Shown here: positions 32,959-43,872 of the stretch, piece by piece
How the letters are laid out: each line of letters begins with the position of its first letter
Position numbering within the stretch: the first letter of the stretch is position 1
NCBI GenBank assembly: GCA_963422375.2
Contig: OY729428.2
Coordinates: 2,720,001 to 2,784,000 of the forward strand
Source of the DNA: Bryobacterales bacterium
GTDB lineage: Bacteria; Acidobacteriota; Terriglobia; Bryobacterales; UBA6623
Direction: 5' to 3'
Length of the DNA: 64,000 nt
Notes under the pieces: model-generated
Database searches by the model: none
What the model saw: the letters and a program-made list of their open reading frames with translations, nothing else
Told to the model about the DNA's origin: nothing
Translations under genes and position numbers: made by a program

Positions 32959-35136
32959 CTAGGAAAGCCCGATGCGGACGACCGTCACCGAATGCCTCGG
33001 CAGGTCGAGAGCGAAGCTCGGCCCGGGAATCCTGATGCTCGCCTCGCGACCGGCGATCCGGCCCGGCTCGGCGAAGGTGTTGGCCGTCTCGAGGTCCGGC
33101 GCTGTGATGACTACGACGGTCGCCGTCGCGTCCAGTTCCCCGGCGAGGTTCTCCAAGTCGATTTCGGCACGAATCGAACGCACGGCGGACACGTTCACGG
33201 CCTTGATGTAGAGTTCCGATCCGGAATCGTTCGTCGAGACCGACACGTCGAGGGCGGGCACCTCCTGGCCGAGCGAGGGGTGGCCGGGGTCGAGCGACAG
33301 TTCGCACTGCACGTCCGCCCTGACGCGCCAGTCGCCGCGGAAGCGGCTGTAGGCCTCGACCACCGAGTACGTGGCCGTGGTGAACACGTCGTGCCGGCTG
33401 GCCTGGATGACCCCGCCGGGCCATCCGTTCACGAGATCCGAGACGGCGCTCATCCGAATCAGGTCGCCCTGCCTTTCGAATACGTTCATCAGGCGGGCAC
33501 CGTAGAGAGCCGACTCCATCGTGTGCTGCCGCGGAATGCCGAAGGTCGTGTTCCATTCGTTGAGCGCCACCCCGATATCGCGCCCGGGCACGGTTTCCGC
33601 GATCATTTGGCGAATGCGCCGGTAGAGCCCCTCGTACCAGAGGGGCCTCGCCATCAGAGCCGCGTAGCCGGGCGGGTCTTCCGGTTTCGGGCGGTAGTGG
33701 TGGATTGCCAGCAGGTCGATCTGGCTGCCGATCGCCTCCAGCACCGTGCGGTTCCACTCGGGCTCCTCGTCTCCGACCGCGATGATCTTGATCGACGGGT
33801 CCGCCTCCTTCATGGCCCGGATGTACCGTTGCGCATTGGCAGCGTAGACCGATGCGTCCGAGTGCCCGCGCACCCAGTCCCCCCAGATCTCGTTGCCGAT
33901 CTCCCAGTACTCCACCCCGAACGGCTCGGCGTGTCCGTCGCGGGCGCGGAGCGCGCCGTAACGGGAGCTCGCGAGGCCGTTGACGTACTCGACCCAGCCA
34001 GCGGCGTCCCCGGCTGTCGCCGGCCGCGAGTGCCGGCGGATGTCCCTGCCCTCAGCGCGCAGACGCGCCGCCTCGCCGACCGTGGCGCCGCGGCCCTCGA
34101 CGTTGACCACGATATTGGGCTCCGCTCCGACGGCGCGACAGAACGCCAAGTACTCGAGCGTGCCGAAGTCCGCGGGCTCGGGGTCGTTGTCCCAGGACAT
34201 GTTGACCCAGAGGGGCCGCTCGTCTCGGGGGCCGACGCCCCATTGCCAGTGGTAGTCCTGCGCCACGTTGCCGCCCGGCCAGCGGATGAACGCGGGGCGC
34301 AGCGCCCGGATCCTCCCGAGCACGTCCGCCCGAACCCCGCCGACCGCGTCTCCGGGCATCAGCGAGACCTGGTCGATCCAAATGACTCCGACGCCCAAGA
34401 CCTTCAGGGCGAAGCGCGCGCGCGGGTCCGATTCGTCCGCGGGCAATTCAAAGTCGTATCGTGTCCAATCGCCGGGTATACCCGAAAGCTCCCGAACCGA
34501 GTAAACCGCTCCGCCCGAGCGATCCTCCTCGAGCGACACGCTGAGCGCGCCGGGGAACGGCCCGCCCGCATCCATGCCCTCCGGGCCGCGAGCGATGCCG
34601 GCGGCCTTGAGCATGACGGATCCCCGGTACGTGACGTTGGCCCGAACCGGAATCCCCGACTGGAACATGCCGTGTCCTCTCTGCTCGGGCAGCGTGTTCA
34701 CCAGGACCTGGGCGCGATTCTCGAACGAGGTCGGGTAGCCCTGCTCCGAAAGGCCGTGCGCCTGGCCGCCCAGCGCGAAGCCATTCGCGTGATTGCGCGT
34801 GTCGGGGTAGCGCTCCCAGTAGTGCGCCGCAGCCGGGGGCGGAGCCGTAGCCTCGAAGCCCCGGTTGACCAGAAGCTCCGCCCACAGGCCGCCCTTGATG
34901 TTCTCGAACATGAATTCGGCGAACTGGCCGTACAGCAATTCGCTGACTGGATTGACTCGCTCGGCCGCGTCGATTCGGATGACAGCGGGCACCGGGGCAT
35001 CGCTCGGATCGGGCGACGGTTCGCTGCAGGCCGGAACACCGGCCATCGCGACCGCGCAAGCCGCCAGGACGGCAAGTCGATCCCAGTGCAGCCCCGCCGG
35101 CCGACCGCGAACCTCCGCACTTGATGGATGCATCAT
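32959..35136 (-). CDS. GH51 alpha-L-arabinofuranosidase family protein (start uncertain, possibly a lipoprotein)
   Basis: LYGQFAE, GGLWAELLVNRGFE, IRWPGGN, FGTLEYL, YWEIGNEIWG (acid/base), ALNEWN (nucleophile). Confidence 0.88.
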   Translation of the reverse strand: MMHPSSAEVRGRPAGLHWDRLAVLAACAVAMAGVPACSEPSPDPSDAPVPAVIRIDAAERVNPVSELLYGQFAEFMFENIKGGLWAELLVNRGFEATAPPPAAAHYWERYPDTRNHANGFALGGQAHGLSEQGYPTSFENRAQVLVNTLPEQRGHGMFQSGIPVRANVTYRGSVMLKAAGIARGPEGMDAGGPFPGALSVSLEEDRSGGAVYSVRELSGIPGDWTRYDFELPADESDPRARFALKVLGVGVIWIDQVSLMPGDAVGGVRADVLGRIRALRPAFIRWPGGNVAQDYHWQWGVGPRDERPLWVNMSWDNDPEPADFGTLEYLAFCRAVGAEPNIVVNVEGRGATVGEAARLRAEGRDIRRHSRPATAGDAAGWVEYVNGLASSRYGALRARDGHAEPFGVEYWEIGNEIWGDWVRGHSDASVYAANAQRYIRAMKEADPSIKIIAVGDEEPEWNRTVLEAIGSQIDLLAIHHYRPKPEDPPGYAALMARPLWYEGLYRRIRQMIAETVPGRDIGVALNEWNTTFGIPRQHTMESALYGARLMNVFERQGDLIRMSAVSDLVNGWPGGVIQASRHDVFTTATYSVVEAYSRFRGDWRVRADVQCELSLDPGHPSLGQEVPALDVSVSTNDSGSELYIKAVNVSAVRSIRAEIDLENLAGELDATATVVVITAPDLETANTFAEPGRIAGREASIRIPGPSFALDLPRHSVTVVRIGLS

Positions 35137-35605
35137 GGGAATCGCCCCTGACCGCCTTGGCCGTGAACCGCCCCGCAGCGGCGGTCCGTCGCGGCCAGAC
35201 GGCGCGCTGGAAGTATCGCCCATCTCCCGAGTTGCATTCAAGGCCGCGGCTGGGTGTGTCAGTTGTTCCCGGCACCGATCCCGTGGTCGTGGCGATGTCT
35301 GCGGCGCCGTCCCGCCGATCCGCCTACCGGACAATCTGGTCCGGCCGCGATCATCGGCTACGAGGAGCGCGACGTTGGCCCGACTGCCCGCTACAGTTGC
35401 GCACAGCTCGCCGCGGGAAGGATCTCGGCCGCGCCAGCTCGGACGGACCAGCGCCTGGAACCCTCGTCCGGCAGCAGCCAAGCGAGCCTCCGAGAGGCAC
35501 CGGGGCGCTACCCCGGCATCGACCTGACCGCCTCACATGCCACCCCTAGCGTGCCTGCGGGACGCGGGCGCGCGCCCGGCGCACCGGACCCCGGCCGCCG
35601 CAGTA

Positions 35606-36925
35606 CTACCGCCGCGGCATCTCGGACCAACGGTCCAGTTCCCCGCGCAGCTCGTCAAGCTGGGCCCGATACGCGCCCCTCCCGGCAAGGTTGCGACTCT
35701 CGAGAGGATCCGCCTCCAAATCGTATAGCTCCTCCGCCGGCCGCGGCAGCGGGTACGGCTGTCTCAGGGTGTCCTCGCCCATGTTCTGCCAGTTGCGGAT
35801 CACCTGGGGCCAGATCAGCGGCTCGTCCCTGGTGTGATTCCGGATCAGCTTGAATCGACGCCCCCGCACCGCCGACAGGTGGTTTCGCTCGTGATGCTCG
35901 GAAAACACGTAGCGCCGTCCGGCCCCCTCGCGTCCTGCGAGGCGCGAGCTGAGATCGAGCCCTTGGCAGGACTCCGGCGCGGAGCCGCCGGCCAGTGCCA
36001 TCAGGGTCGGGGCGATATCCACCGTTGAGGCGAGCCCGAGGTCGACCCGGCCGCTGCCGGAAACTCCCGGGCCGCGCAGGATCAGGCTGGAATGCGTTCC
36101 CCACTCGTAGAGCGAGAACTTGGCGCGATGCAGCGACGGCCCGTGGTCCGTCAAGAAGGCGATCACTGTGCGGTCAGCCTCGCCGCTTCGGTCGAGCGCT
36201 CCGAGCAGCTGGCCGATCTCGTCGTCCATCTTGCTCGTCTCCGAAAGGTACAGCGCGTATTGCTCGCGGACCTGCGGAGTGTCCTTCAGGTAAGGCGGGA
36301 GGCACTCCGCCACCTCTTCGGGCGCGTACTCGAAGCCTTCCTGGCTGCGGAACGGACGGTGCGTGTGCGTCGGACAGAAATACAGGCAGAAGGGCCGGTC
36401 GTGCGGCCGCCCGAGAAACGCAACGGACTCCTCGAGATAGGTATCCCGGCGTGGGAAGCCGTGCTCGAAGCCGTGCGCGAGCGGCCCCGCGGTCGACAAG
36501 TGCCACTTGCGGGCCGCGGCGTTCTCGTAACCCATTTTCCTGAGGCCTTGGGCGAACGTCCAGACGTCTTGCCGCAGCGAGAACCGTTCGGCATCCTCGC
36601 CCTGGACGAGCCGCGTGACGCCCGACACGTGGGGGTACAGCCCGGTCATCACCGCGCCGCGCCCCGGGCTGCATAGAGGGGCGGTCGTGTAGCAATGCGT
36701 GAAGCGCACGCCCTCAAACGCCAACCGGTCGAGATGCGGAGTGCGGACAACCGGATGACCGTAGCACCCTAGGTCGTTCCAGCCGTGATCATCGGCCACG
36801 ATCACGAGGAAGTTCGGCGGTCGTGCCTGCGCACGCGCTAGGGCCGCCGGGAGGCCTGCCATCACGGCTCTCCGAGTGACCGAAGCGTGGAACCGGCCGG
36901 GCCCGCCTTCCGCGTCGCCGGCCAA
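35606..36925 (-). CDS. Cys-type sulfatase (start uncertain; TRRAV may be a Tat motif)
   Basis: PNFLVIVADDHG, CSPGRGAVMTG, KWHL, TDHG, AKFSLYEWG, ELYDLEADP. Alternative ATG at 36862. Confidence 0.9.
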   Translation of the reverse strand: MAGDAEGGPGRFHASVTRRAVMAGLPAALARAQARPPNFLVIVADDHGWNDLGCYGHPVVRTPHLDRLAFEGVRFTHCYTTAPLCSPGRGAVMTGLYPHVSGVTRLVQGEDAERFSLRQDVWTFAQGLRKMGYENAAARKWHLSTAGPLAHGFEHGFPRRDTYLEESVAFLGRPHDRPFCLYFCPTHTHRPFRSQEGFEYAPEEVAECLPPYLKDTPQVREQYALYLSETSKMDDEIGQLLGALDRSGEADRTVIAFLTDHGPSLHRAKFSLYEWGTHSSLILRGPGVSGSGRVDLGLASTVDIAPTLMALAGGSAPESCQGLDLSSRLAGREGAGRRYVFSEHHERNHLSAVRGRRFKLIRNHTRDEPLIWPQVIRNWQNMGEDTLRQPYPLPRPAEELYDLEADPLESRNLAGRGAYRAQLDELRGELDRWSEMPRR

Positions 36926-37129
36926 GCTGTCCCGGCCATCGCCGACTGCATTGAATTCATCGCTCGCCTGCAATCGAACTCTTCCGAAAGGAAATCCTAC
37001 CAGCCTGCCCGTGCAGAACGCAGGCACTGGGTCGGCTCTGGTACAACGTAGAGCGGGCCGAACCTCCGGGGTCGCGAGCGACCGCCAGCGAGGGACGGGC
37101 CCGAGCGCCCTCCTCTCCGAGGCCAAGCC

Positions 37130-38407
37130 ATGCCGTGCAAGCGAATCCCCATCCCTGTCGCGGCCGCCGCGGCGGTCCTCGCCGCAGCGGTCCTCGCGTC
37201 CCCTGCGACACTTCCCGATTCGGCGCTGGCCGGATTCTCAGCGGAGCGCCTGACCCGGATCGACAGGACCATTCAAGGCTACGTCGACCGCGGCCAAGTC
37301 CCCGGGGCCGTGGGCCTCATCGCGCGCGGCGGCAAGATCGTCTACCACAGGAGCTTCGGTTTCCGCGACGTCGAATCCAAGGCCGCCATGGCGAACGACG
37401 CGATCTTTCGCATCGCGTCAATGACCAAGCCCATCGCGTCGGTCGCCGCGATGACGCTGTGGGAAGAGGGCAGATTCCAGCTGCGAGACCCCGTCTCCAG
37501 GTACATGCCGGAGTTCTCCGACATGCAGGTCGCGCTGCCCGTCGCACCCGGGGAGAGCTACCGCGGACCGTACCGAACAGTTGCGGCGTCGCGGCCGATC
37601 ACGATCCAGCACCTGCTGACCCACACCGCCGGCCTCCCTAATCCGTACAGGGGGATCACCCGCGAGATGTACAGCCAACTCCGCTCCAGTCGCAAACCGG
37701 GCGGAACGGTGGCCGACTATGTCAGCGCGCTGTCGAAGCTACCTCTCAACTTCGAGCCGGGGACTCGCTGGGAGTACGGCCCGGCGACCGACGTTCTCGG
37801 CCGGCTGGTCGAGGTCCTCTCGGGAATGACGCTGAACGAATTCCTGAGCGAGCGCATCTTCGAGCCGCTCGGCATGAATGACACTCATTTCTACATCCCG
37901 CGATCCAAGGTCCCGCGCTTCGCGGCGCTCTATCAGCCGGATGACGACGGCAAGATCGAACTGCAGGAAGCGCCGGACGAGAACAGCCGCTGGATCAGGG
38001 AGCCCCACGCGTATTTCAGCGCGGGCGGCGGGCTGGCCTCGACGACGACGGACTACTTCCGCTTCCACCAGATGATGCTCAACGGCGGGGAGCTGGACGG
38101 CGTGCGGATTCTCGGCCCCCGCACCGTGCGGCTAATGACCTCGAACCACACGGCCGATCTGCCAATCTGGCTCCGCGGCCCCGGCTTCGGTTTCGGACTG
38201 GGCTACTCAATCACCGTAGACCAAGGCCTCTCGGCGATGCCGAGCGCGGTCGGCACCTACGGATGGGGCGGCGCCTACTGCACGGTCTTCTGGGTGGATC
38301 CGGCCGACGAAGTGATCGGCATCCTGATGACGCAGGTGCGACCCTACACGCACCTGAACATCCGCCAAGACTTCCAGACGCTCGCGTATCAAGCGCTGGT
38401 CGACTGA
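37130..38407 (+). CDS. Secreted serine hydrolase, beta-lactamase/class C esterase family
   Basis: FRIASMTK (SxxK), LLTHTAG, FEPGTRWEY, GGGLAST, YGWGGAYCT.FWVDP. Confidence 0.9.
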   Translation: MPCKRIPIPVAAAAAVLAAAVLASPATLPDSALAGFSAERLTRIDRTIQGYVDRGQVPGAVGLIARGGKIVYHRSFGFRDVESKAAMANDAIFRIASMTKPIASVAAMTLWEEGRFQLRDPVSRYMPEFSDMQVALPVAPGESYRGPYRTVAASRPITIQHLLTHTAGLPNPYRGITREMYSQLRSSRKPGGTVADYVSALSKLPLNFEPGTRWEYGPATDVLGRLVEVLSGMTLNEFLSERIFEPLGMNDTHFYIPRSKVPRFAALYQPDDDGKIELQEAPDENSRWIREPHAYFSAGGGLASTTTDYFRFHQMMLNGGELDGVRILGPRTVRLMTSNHTADLPIWLRGPGFGFGLGYSITVDQGLSAMPSAVGTYGWGGAYCTVFWVDPADEVIGILMTQVRPYTHLNIRQDFQTLAYQALVD

Positions 38408-38446
38408 CAGAGCGGCGTCAGCCCGGCGACCGGCCGTCGGACGGCC

Positions 38447-41400
38447 TTACCGGCGACCTACGAAGATCGGCGACGACCAAGCGACTTCGCCCGCCTTCTC
38501 GGGCTCCTCTTCGCTGAAGCTCTGGATCACGCGGAGGTAATAGAAGCTCTCGCTGGGATCGGGCCGCGGCCGGATTCCCGTTTCCGGCCGCTCCCAGTCG
38601 GAGATGGTCACGGTCGGCGCCATGGACGTGTCGCCGAAGTCCGCGTCGCGATACTCGAAATCGAGCTCGCGTCTGCCCTCTCCCCGATACGTGTACACGG
38701 ACCGGTTGTTCTTGATCACCTCGACTTTCAGGATCGGTTCGGTGCCGCGCACGCGAACCGAGAGCACCGGGGCGTCGGCGACCGCCGCAATGGCCCCTTG
38801 GTGGAGGCCGGCCGCGTGGAAATCGAGCGCGATGTTGTCCGTGGAGGCGTAAGTGCGCCGGTTGCGAAACGCGTCGAGCAGGTCCTCCCTAGTTGTCAAA
38901 CGGTCGGGCACGATGAGGTTGGCGTACGAAATGTGCGTCGAGTAGTGGTCGCTCGAGGCGATGAACCCCATGCGGTACCCCACGCCCAAGGCGTTTTGCA
39001 CGAGCCCGCGCTGGTGAGGCGCACGGCCCGCCGAGCCCAGGCCCGGAGCGTCCGGGAGGGCAGCGCGCGGGCCGCCCTGCGTCTCGTACGAGTTCCGGTC
39101 GCCTTGATAGATCTCGGTCACCGGAATCACCTCGTCGTTGCGGCGCTTCCAGTCCGTGCCCATGGTCGTCGCCGACGTGTGCGGGATGCCGATGCCGCCC
39201 GTTCGCTTCAGGTAGGCCCAAAGTTTCGGAGGGTCCGTGTCGAGCAGCTCGGGTCTCTCGCGCACGTGCAGCTTCGGCACGCGCAGGCTGAAGACGCCGC
39301 GGCGAGCGTGGAAGATGTTGCGGTGACCCAGCGGAAAGTTCACCGTGCGCTCGTAGCCGTAGAGCGGGGTGAACCGGCCCGGCACGTGGAAGAGGTCGGC
39401 TGATTTCTGGGTCCGCCAGAACTGGAACTCGTTGTCCGAGGTCGGATCCTCCGGTTCGTCGGTGTCGAGCCACTGGCCGTAGTTGTGGTCGCTCACGCCG
39501 AGGAAGTCGAGCTGGGCTGCGTCGAGGGCGTACCTGTAGGCGTCCACAAGAGTGCCGTCGAGGGCCCCGTCCATCGATGTTTCGGTATGGCGATGCAGGT
39601 CGCCCCGGACCACCTTCCAAGTCGTCCCTCCGAGGCTGATCCTGTGGCTTCGGATTCTCCGCAGGTCGGCTTCCTCGCTCGCGTGCGTCGGCTCGTACGC
39701 AGGCGCGGCGGACGCCCGGAAGGGCTCGAGATCGGCCCGTCCGCGCTCGCCGCGCACGTGGCGGCCCTCGATTCGAAGGACGGACACGTCGTGGTGCTTC
39801 GGCAGGCCAACCGGCATGCGGCGACCGTCGCCCACGACGGCTGCGACCAGCGAGCCGCCTGCGGCGGGCGCAGCGGCAACCAGGGTGTCCTGCCTGCCCG
39901 TGCTGCCTGTCAGCAGCACGGGCGAGATCCACTCCCCGCCGGCCCACGTGGTGGCGTAGAGGTCGAAGAAATGACCGCCATGGCGACCTGCAGCCCGCCA
40001 CTGGTGGCGGAGCAGGACCCAGACGCCGCCGTCACCGTCCAGCACCAGGCGAGGGTTCTGAAACAGCTGCGGGTTGACGAAGTCCGGCACCGTAGCGTAA
40101 GGGGACTGCGCAGGTTGGAGCCACTCGCCGCCTTCGAGCACGGCGAGGCGCGGCTTTCTCGGCCCGCGGGGATCGTAGAGACGCGAGCCGTCCTTCAGAT
40201 TGATTTCGTGCCGAGGATTCGCATACCCGAAGTCCTTGCCCCAGTTGACGGAACCCTCCTCCCACGCGACCCACACGCGGCCGTCGCGGTCGACCTCGAC
40301 GTCGGCCCTCATCTCGGCGAACGGCGTCGCGGACACTTCGACAATCGGGCCCTCGCCAGTCGAGGTGACGCTGCGCAGCAGAAGGTCGAAACCGTTCTCC
40401 CTGTAGCTGTCCCATGCGACCCAAGCCCTGCCGGCAGCGTCGGCCGCCACCGCCGGCTCCCAGTCGTCTTCGGGCGAGCCGGTCAGGTTCACTTCGGGGC
40501 CCCAAGAAGAGCCCTCGAAGCGGCGCAGCAGAATGTCGCTCTGGGGCCGGCCGCCGTCCGGCGAGTCGCGGAAGCCGGCCCATACGAGGTGCAGGGTGCC
40601 GTCCGCGCCCGTGGCGAGGTCGTGGAATGCATCGGGCCTGGGATCGGCTGTCAGACGGACCGGCTCCGACGCACTGCCGTCGCCGAGCTTCCGGGCGTAG
40701 AGGTCGAAGTTCCCCGAGCCGAGCTCCTTCTGCACCGAGTACACGCACCAGACCTGCCCGGAGGCGTCCTCGCCCAACTTGACGCGGAAGTGGTCCCCGC
40801 CGGGGCTCACGGCGCCGGGCTCGGACCAATTCCTGCCATCCGGACTGCGTGCAACCATGATCCGGTCCTCGCCGCTGAGATACGGGCCGTCGCGACGCAC
40901 GGTCGTGAACGCGACCCACGCGAGCCAGTACTCCCCGTCTCTTGTTCGCAGGACCGCCGGATCGCCGTCCTCGGTATTGGGCGAAGACACTACCTGCGGA
41001 TACGGCACGCGATCAATCATCACGGCCCGTCCGTACGAGGACGGCCGGTAGGACTCGCCATAAGAAAGGTCCGACGGCGTGAACTCGGTCTCGCCGCGCC
41101 GGAGAAACAACTTGAACGGAACGCTCTCCGGACTGTTGATGGCAAGCACGACGCCGGGTGCAGCGACGTCACCCCCGACCGAGCGGGTCTGGATGTCCCA
41201 TCGCGCGGGCGGTCTCAGCACGTCCTCGTCGTGGAGATGCCATCCGAGGATGGCCCGCAGCGTCGACTTGTCTTCGACTCCGCCGTTCCAGACCTGACCG
41301 TGAGTGCGTCTCTCCGTGGAGAACGTGACCCTGAAGGCGGAGTCGGCTATCGCAGGAGGGACCAGAGCCACAATCAGCACCAGTGCGCCCACGGAGCGGA

Positions 41401-41485
41401 ACGCTACTGAATGTCGCCGTCGATCCTGCCCAGGCGATTTCCGCGGGATCGCACCGCTCCGTGTCGATCGCTGGATAAGCATCAT
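38447..41485 (-). CDS. Large secreted protein: beta-propeller-like repeats plus C-terminal PHP/DUF3604-like metallohydrolase (start uncertain)
   Basis: Hydrophobic signal-like segment; repeats such as P.VAADAAGRAWVAW; PHP motifs GDLHRHTE, VSDH, GYE, GHRN, IPHT, ASSDH; ends AWSSPIFV. Confidence 0.75.
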   Translation of the reverse strand: MMLIQRSTRSGAIPRKSPGQDRRRHSVAFRSVGALVLIVALVPPAIADSAFRVTFSTERRTHGQVWNGGVEDKSTLRAILGWHLHDEDVLRPPARWDIQTRSVGGDVAAPGVVLAINSPESVPFKLFLRRGETEFTPSDLSYGESYRPSSYGRAVMIDRVPYPQVVSSPNTEDGDPAVLRTRDGEYWLAWVAFTTVRRDGPYLSGEDRIMVARSPDGRNWSEPGAVSPGGDHFRVKLGEDASGQVWCVYSVQKELGSGNFDLYARKLGDGSASEPVRLTADPRPDAFHDLATGADGTLHLVWAGFRDSPDGGRPQSDILLRRFEGSSWGPEVNLTGSPEDDWEPAVAADAAGRAWVAWDSYRENGFDLLLRSVTSTGEGPIVEVSATPFAEMRADVEVDRDGRVWVAWEEGSVNWGKDFGYANPRHEINLKDGSRLYDPRGPRKPRLAVLEGGEWLQPAQSPYATVPDFVNPQLFQNPRLVLDGDGGVWVLLRHQWRAAGRHGGHFFDLYATTWAGGEWISPVLLTGSTGRQDTLVAAAPAAGGSLVAAVVGDGRRMPVGLPKHHDVSVLRIEGRHVRGERGRADLEPFRASAAPAYEPTHASEEADLRRIRSHRISLGGTTWKVVRGDLHRHTETSMDGALDGTLVDAYRYALDAAQLDFLGVSDHNYGQWLDTDEPEDPTSDNEFQFWRTQKSADLFHVPGRFTPLYGYERTVNFPLGHRNIFHARRGVFSLRVPKLHVRERPELLDTDPPKLWAYLKRTGGIGIPHTSATTMGTDWKRRNDEVIPVTEIYQGDRNSYETQGGPRAALPDAPGLGSAGRAPHQRGLVQNALGVGYRMGFIASSDHYSTHISYANLIVPDRLTTREDLLDAFRNRRTYASTDNIALDFHAAGLHQGAIAAVADAPVLSVRVRGTEPILKVEVIKNNRSVYTYRGEGRRELDFEYRDADFGDTSMAPTVTISDWERPETGIRPRPDPSESFYYLRVIQSFSEEEPEKAGEVAWSSPIFVGRR

Positions 41486-42657
41486 CGGCGAGCACGTCAT
41501 CGACCATGATTCTGGCACGTGCGGCAGCAATCCGGTTATTCAATGCCATATTGGCTTGGCGCGTGGACTGGTTCCGGACTGAGCCATCCCGGGGGCGTCC
41601 CGCTTGCGACCTGGCAGGTACGAGACATCCAACGGACGCGAAGAAGGACACCAGCTGCAAGCGGCCTCGCCCCGACGTTCGCCCAGGCCGTGGCACGTCC
41701 ATGGATACGGTGCGGGCTCCAGTCGCCAGGACCCGACTCAAACCTGCGACAGGACCAATGAGACGTTGTGAAGTGAAAATCTTCGGTCGGTTCGGGACTT
41801 GCCCCGCCCTATGGACGACGGAACGTCAGTGACTGGGTCAGGGCGCACGTGTTTGCCCAACTCAACTGCGAAGGGAGACGCCCAACAGGCCAAGCCCCGT
41901 GCTACCGAGAATGTCCACGGCAGGTGATGGAGTGACCGCCTCCTCCCGAGACACCATCCGTCTCCGAGTCGGTCATGCCTTTACAACTGCTGCGAGGTAA
42001 ATCTGACTGTGAACCATCGCAACCGACTGAGACATCGCCACGAACCTCCCACGGTCGTCTCATTCGAACCCTCGCATGCATTCCGTCCGCGAGAATTCAA
42101 GCTGGACAAGGAGTTGACAGAGGCCATCCCAGAAAAAGCAATTGGACAGCTTCGTTGGAAGCAATCTCAGCACTTCGAACTGAACGATACGGGCGTACAG
42201 TAGATTCGGCCAATGCCCGTCTGCTCCACACGACGCGGTCAGCGCCCGATTGACTTCGATCTCCAAGATGGGCGACATTCGAAATAAGACATTGCATCGA
42301 CCTACCGAAGACGAATCTCTAGATGAGACAAGAGATTCCGATGAGGTGCCTGTGCAGCCATAGCAATTCTAGTCAAGATGTCTAAGCACTCGGCGACACC
42401 CTCCGTGGCCGTACTGTCGATCGAGAGGTGGTGGACGTCAGCAAGGTCAAGCGCGAGCAGGACCTAGGAGCATGAGGAGGCCGTTGCTGGCTATGGTCCC
42501 GATGCGGCGACCCCGTACATGATCGGCATATCTGATGGGCGAGGGTAGCGATCCGGTCTACACTGATCTGATATTGGTCCGATACCTGATTTGATCAAGC
42601 GGCTAGACGGCGATAGATATCAACAAGAACTACGCACGATGAATAGCCCACTTGCCG

Positions 42658-43386
42658 CTACGTGGTGCGCCACGCTCGAAGCCTCGATAGACTGCCACGG
42701 TCAACTAGAAGAACGCCTTTCCGGCGTGCGATCCGCACGGCCTCGCGCGTGAATCCGACCGCATTTGTTACAACGATGGGCCTCGTGTCACCCACAATAT
42801 TGTAGCTGGAAATCGAGCGCAACACTTCCTTGATGGCGTCGCCTCTGCACTTGGCACCACTCTGCTGCGTGTGCTTGCACTGCACAATGATAGTGTGCGT
42901 CTCGTCGGTGACCCGTAGCGTCACCAAGCCGTCTGCGCCCCGGTCATGGCTGCGAGGCGTGTGTTGCACGTCGTAACCAGCCTTGCCTAGTTGCTCGAGC
43001 ACCCACTTCTCGAAGGCTGTCGGTTCAAGGAGATCAAAATCATCCGAGAACTCCGAAGCGTCCCGTACCTCACGGCGTGGCTCTGTCAAAGTGCTGCGAT
43101 AGAGATCTCTGACGTCCCCATCCGAAGCGGACGCCGGTGCCAACACGCGACGATTCATTTCCCGCTTCCGATTCATCAAACTGTGGAGTCTCAAGTCGAA
43201 GCAGTTCTCGCCGAAGACGGGGTGCCGTGCGAGTGGCAGATAGACGTGAACGGTGCGGCGCTGCCCAATCCGGAATACTCGATCAGTGCATTGGTCCTCG
43301 ACTGCCGGATTCCACCACCGGGAAAGGTGAATCACATGATTCACAGCTGTTAGAGTAAGGCCAACTCCGCCCGCGCACGGCGACAT
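42658..43386 (-). pseudogene. 5'-truncated SNF2 helicase C-terminus fused to an Mrr-like nuclease (ZorD-like fragment)
   Basis: AGGVGLTLTAVNHVIHLSRWWNPAVEDQCTDRVFRIGQ (SF2 motifs V-VI), then PTAFEKWV...GYDV..TPRSHDRGADG...IIVQCKH...VVTNA (Mrr_cat). Walker A and DExH are absent upstream. Confidence 0.8.
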
Positions 43387-43872
43387 ATACCCACCGTCGT
43401 CCGCTGATGCCGGACCGCCAGCGACGCTTCGTTCCAGAAAGCAGTTGCAGCCGGTTGGTCATCATCCAAGACCAGCAGGTGGATCGCAAGTCAAGCCGAT
43501 GCTGCGACCAGCATCGAATGCTCGCAGCGTGCGGGCGTCCTTGTGCCGGTTGAGTCCTCGAACACTCCCTCGAGGAAGTCAAACGATGACATCTAGCCCG
43601 CGATGGGCTGATTGGCTTGCGAGCAATTTTCCCGGGACCTGCCTATCTGCTGGCTGGGAGCCCAACGTGTCGACTCGTGCTTCAGCCCACGGTACGATCT
43701 CCTCGTGGCGATAAAAACCATACCTTGGCACTTGCGAGAATCTCTGACCGAACCGCGGGCTGACTCGGTAATTCAGGTGCCACCCTTCCTTGACATCTCG
43801 ATAGAGAAATGAGAATATATAGGAAACAAACTTCTTGATTCCGACGAATCTGCGGAACACGAGGAGGCAATC

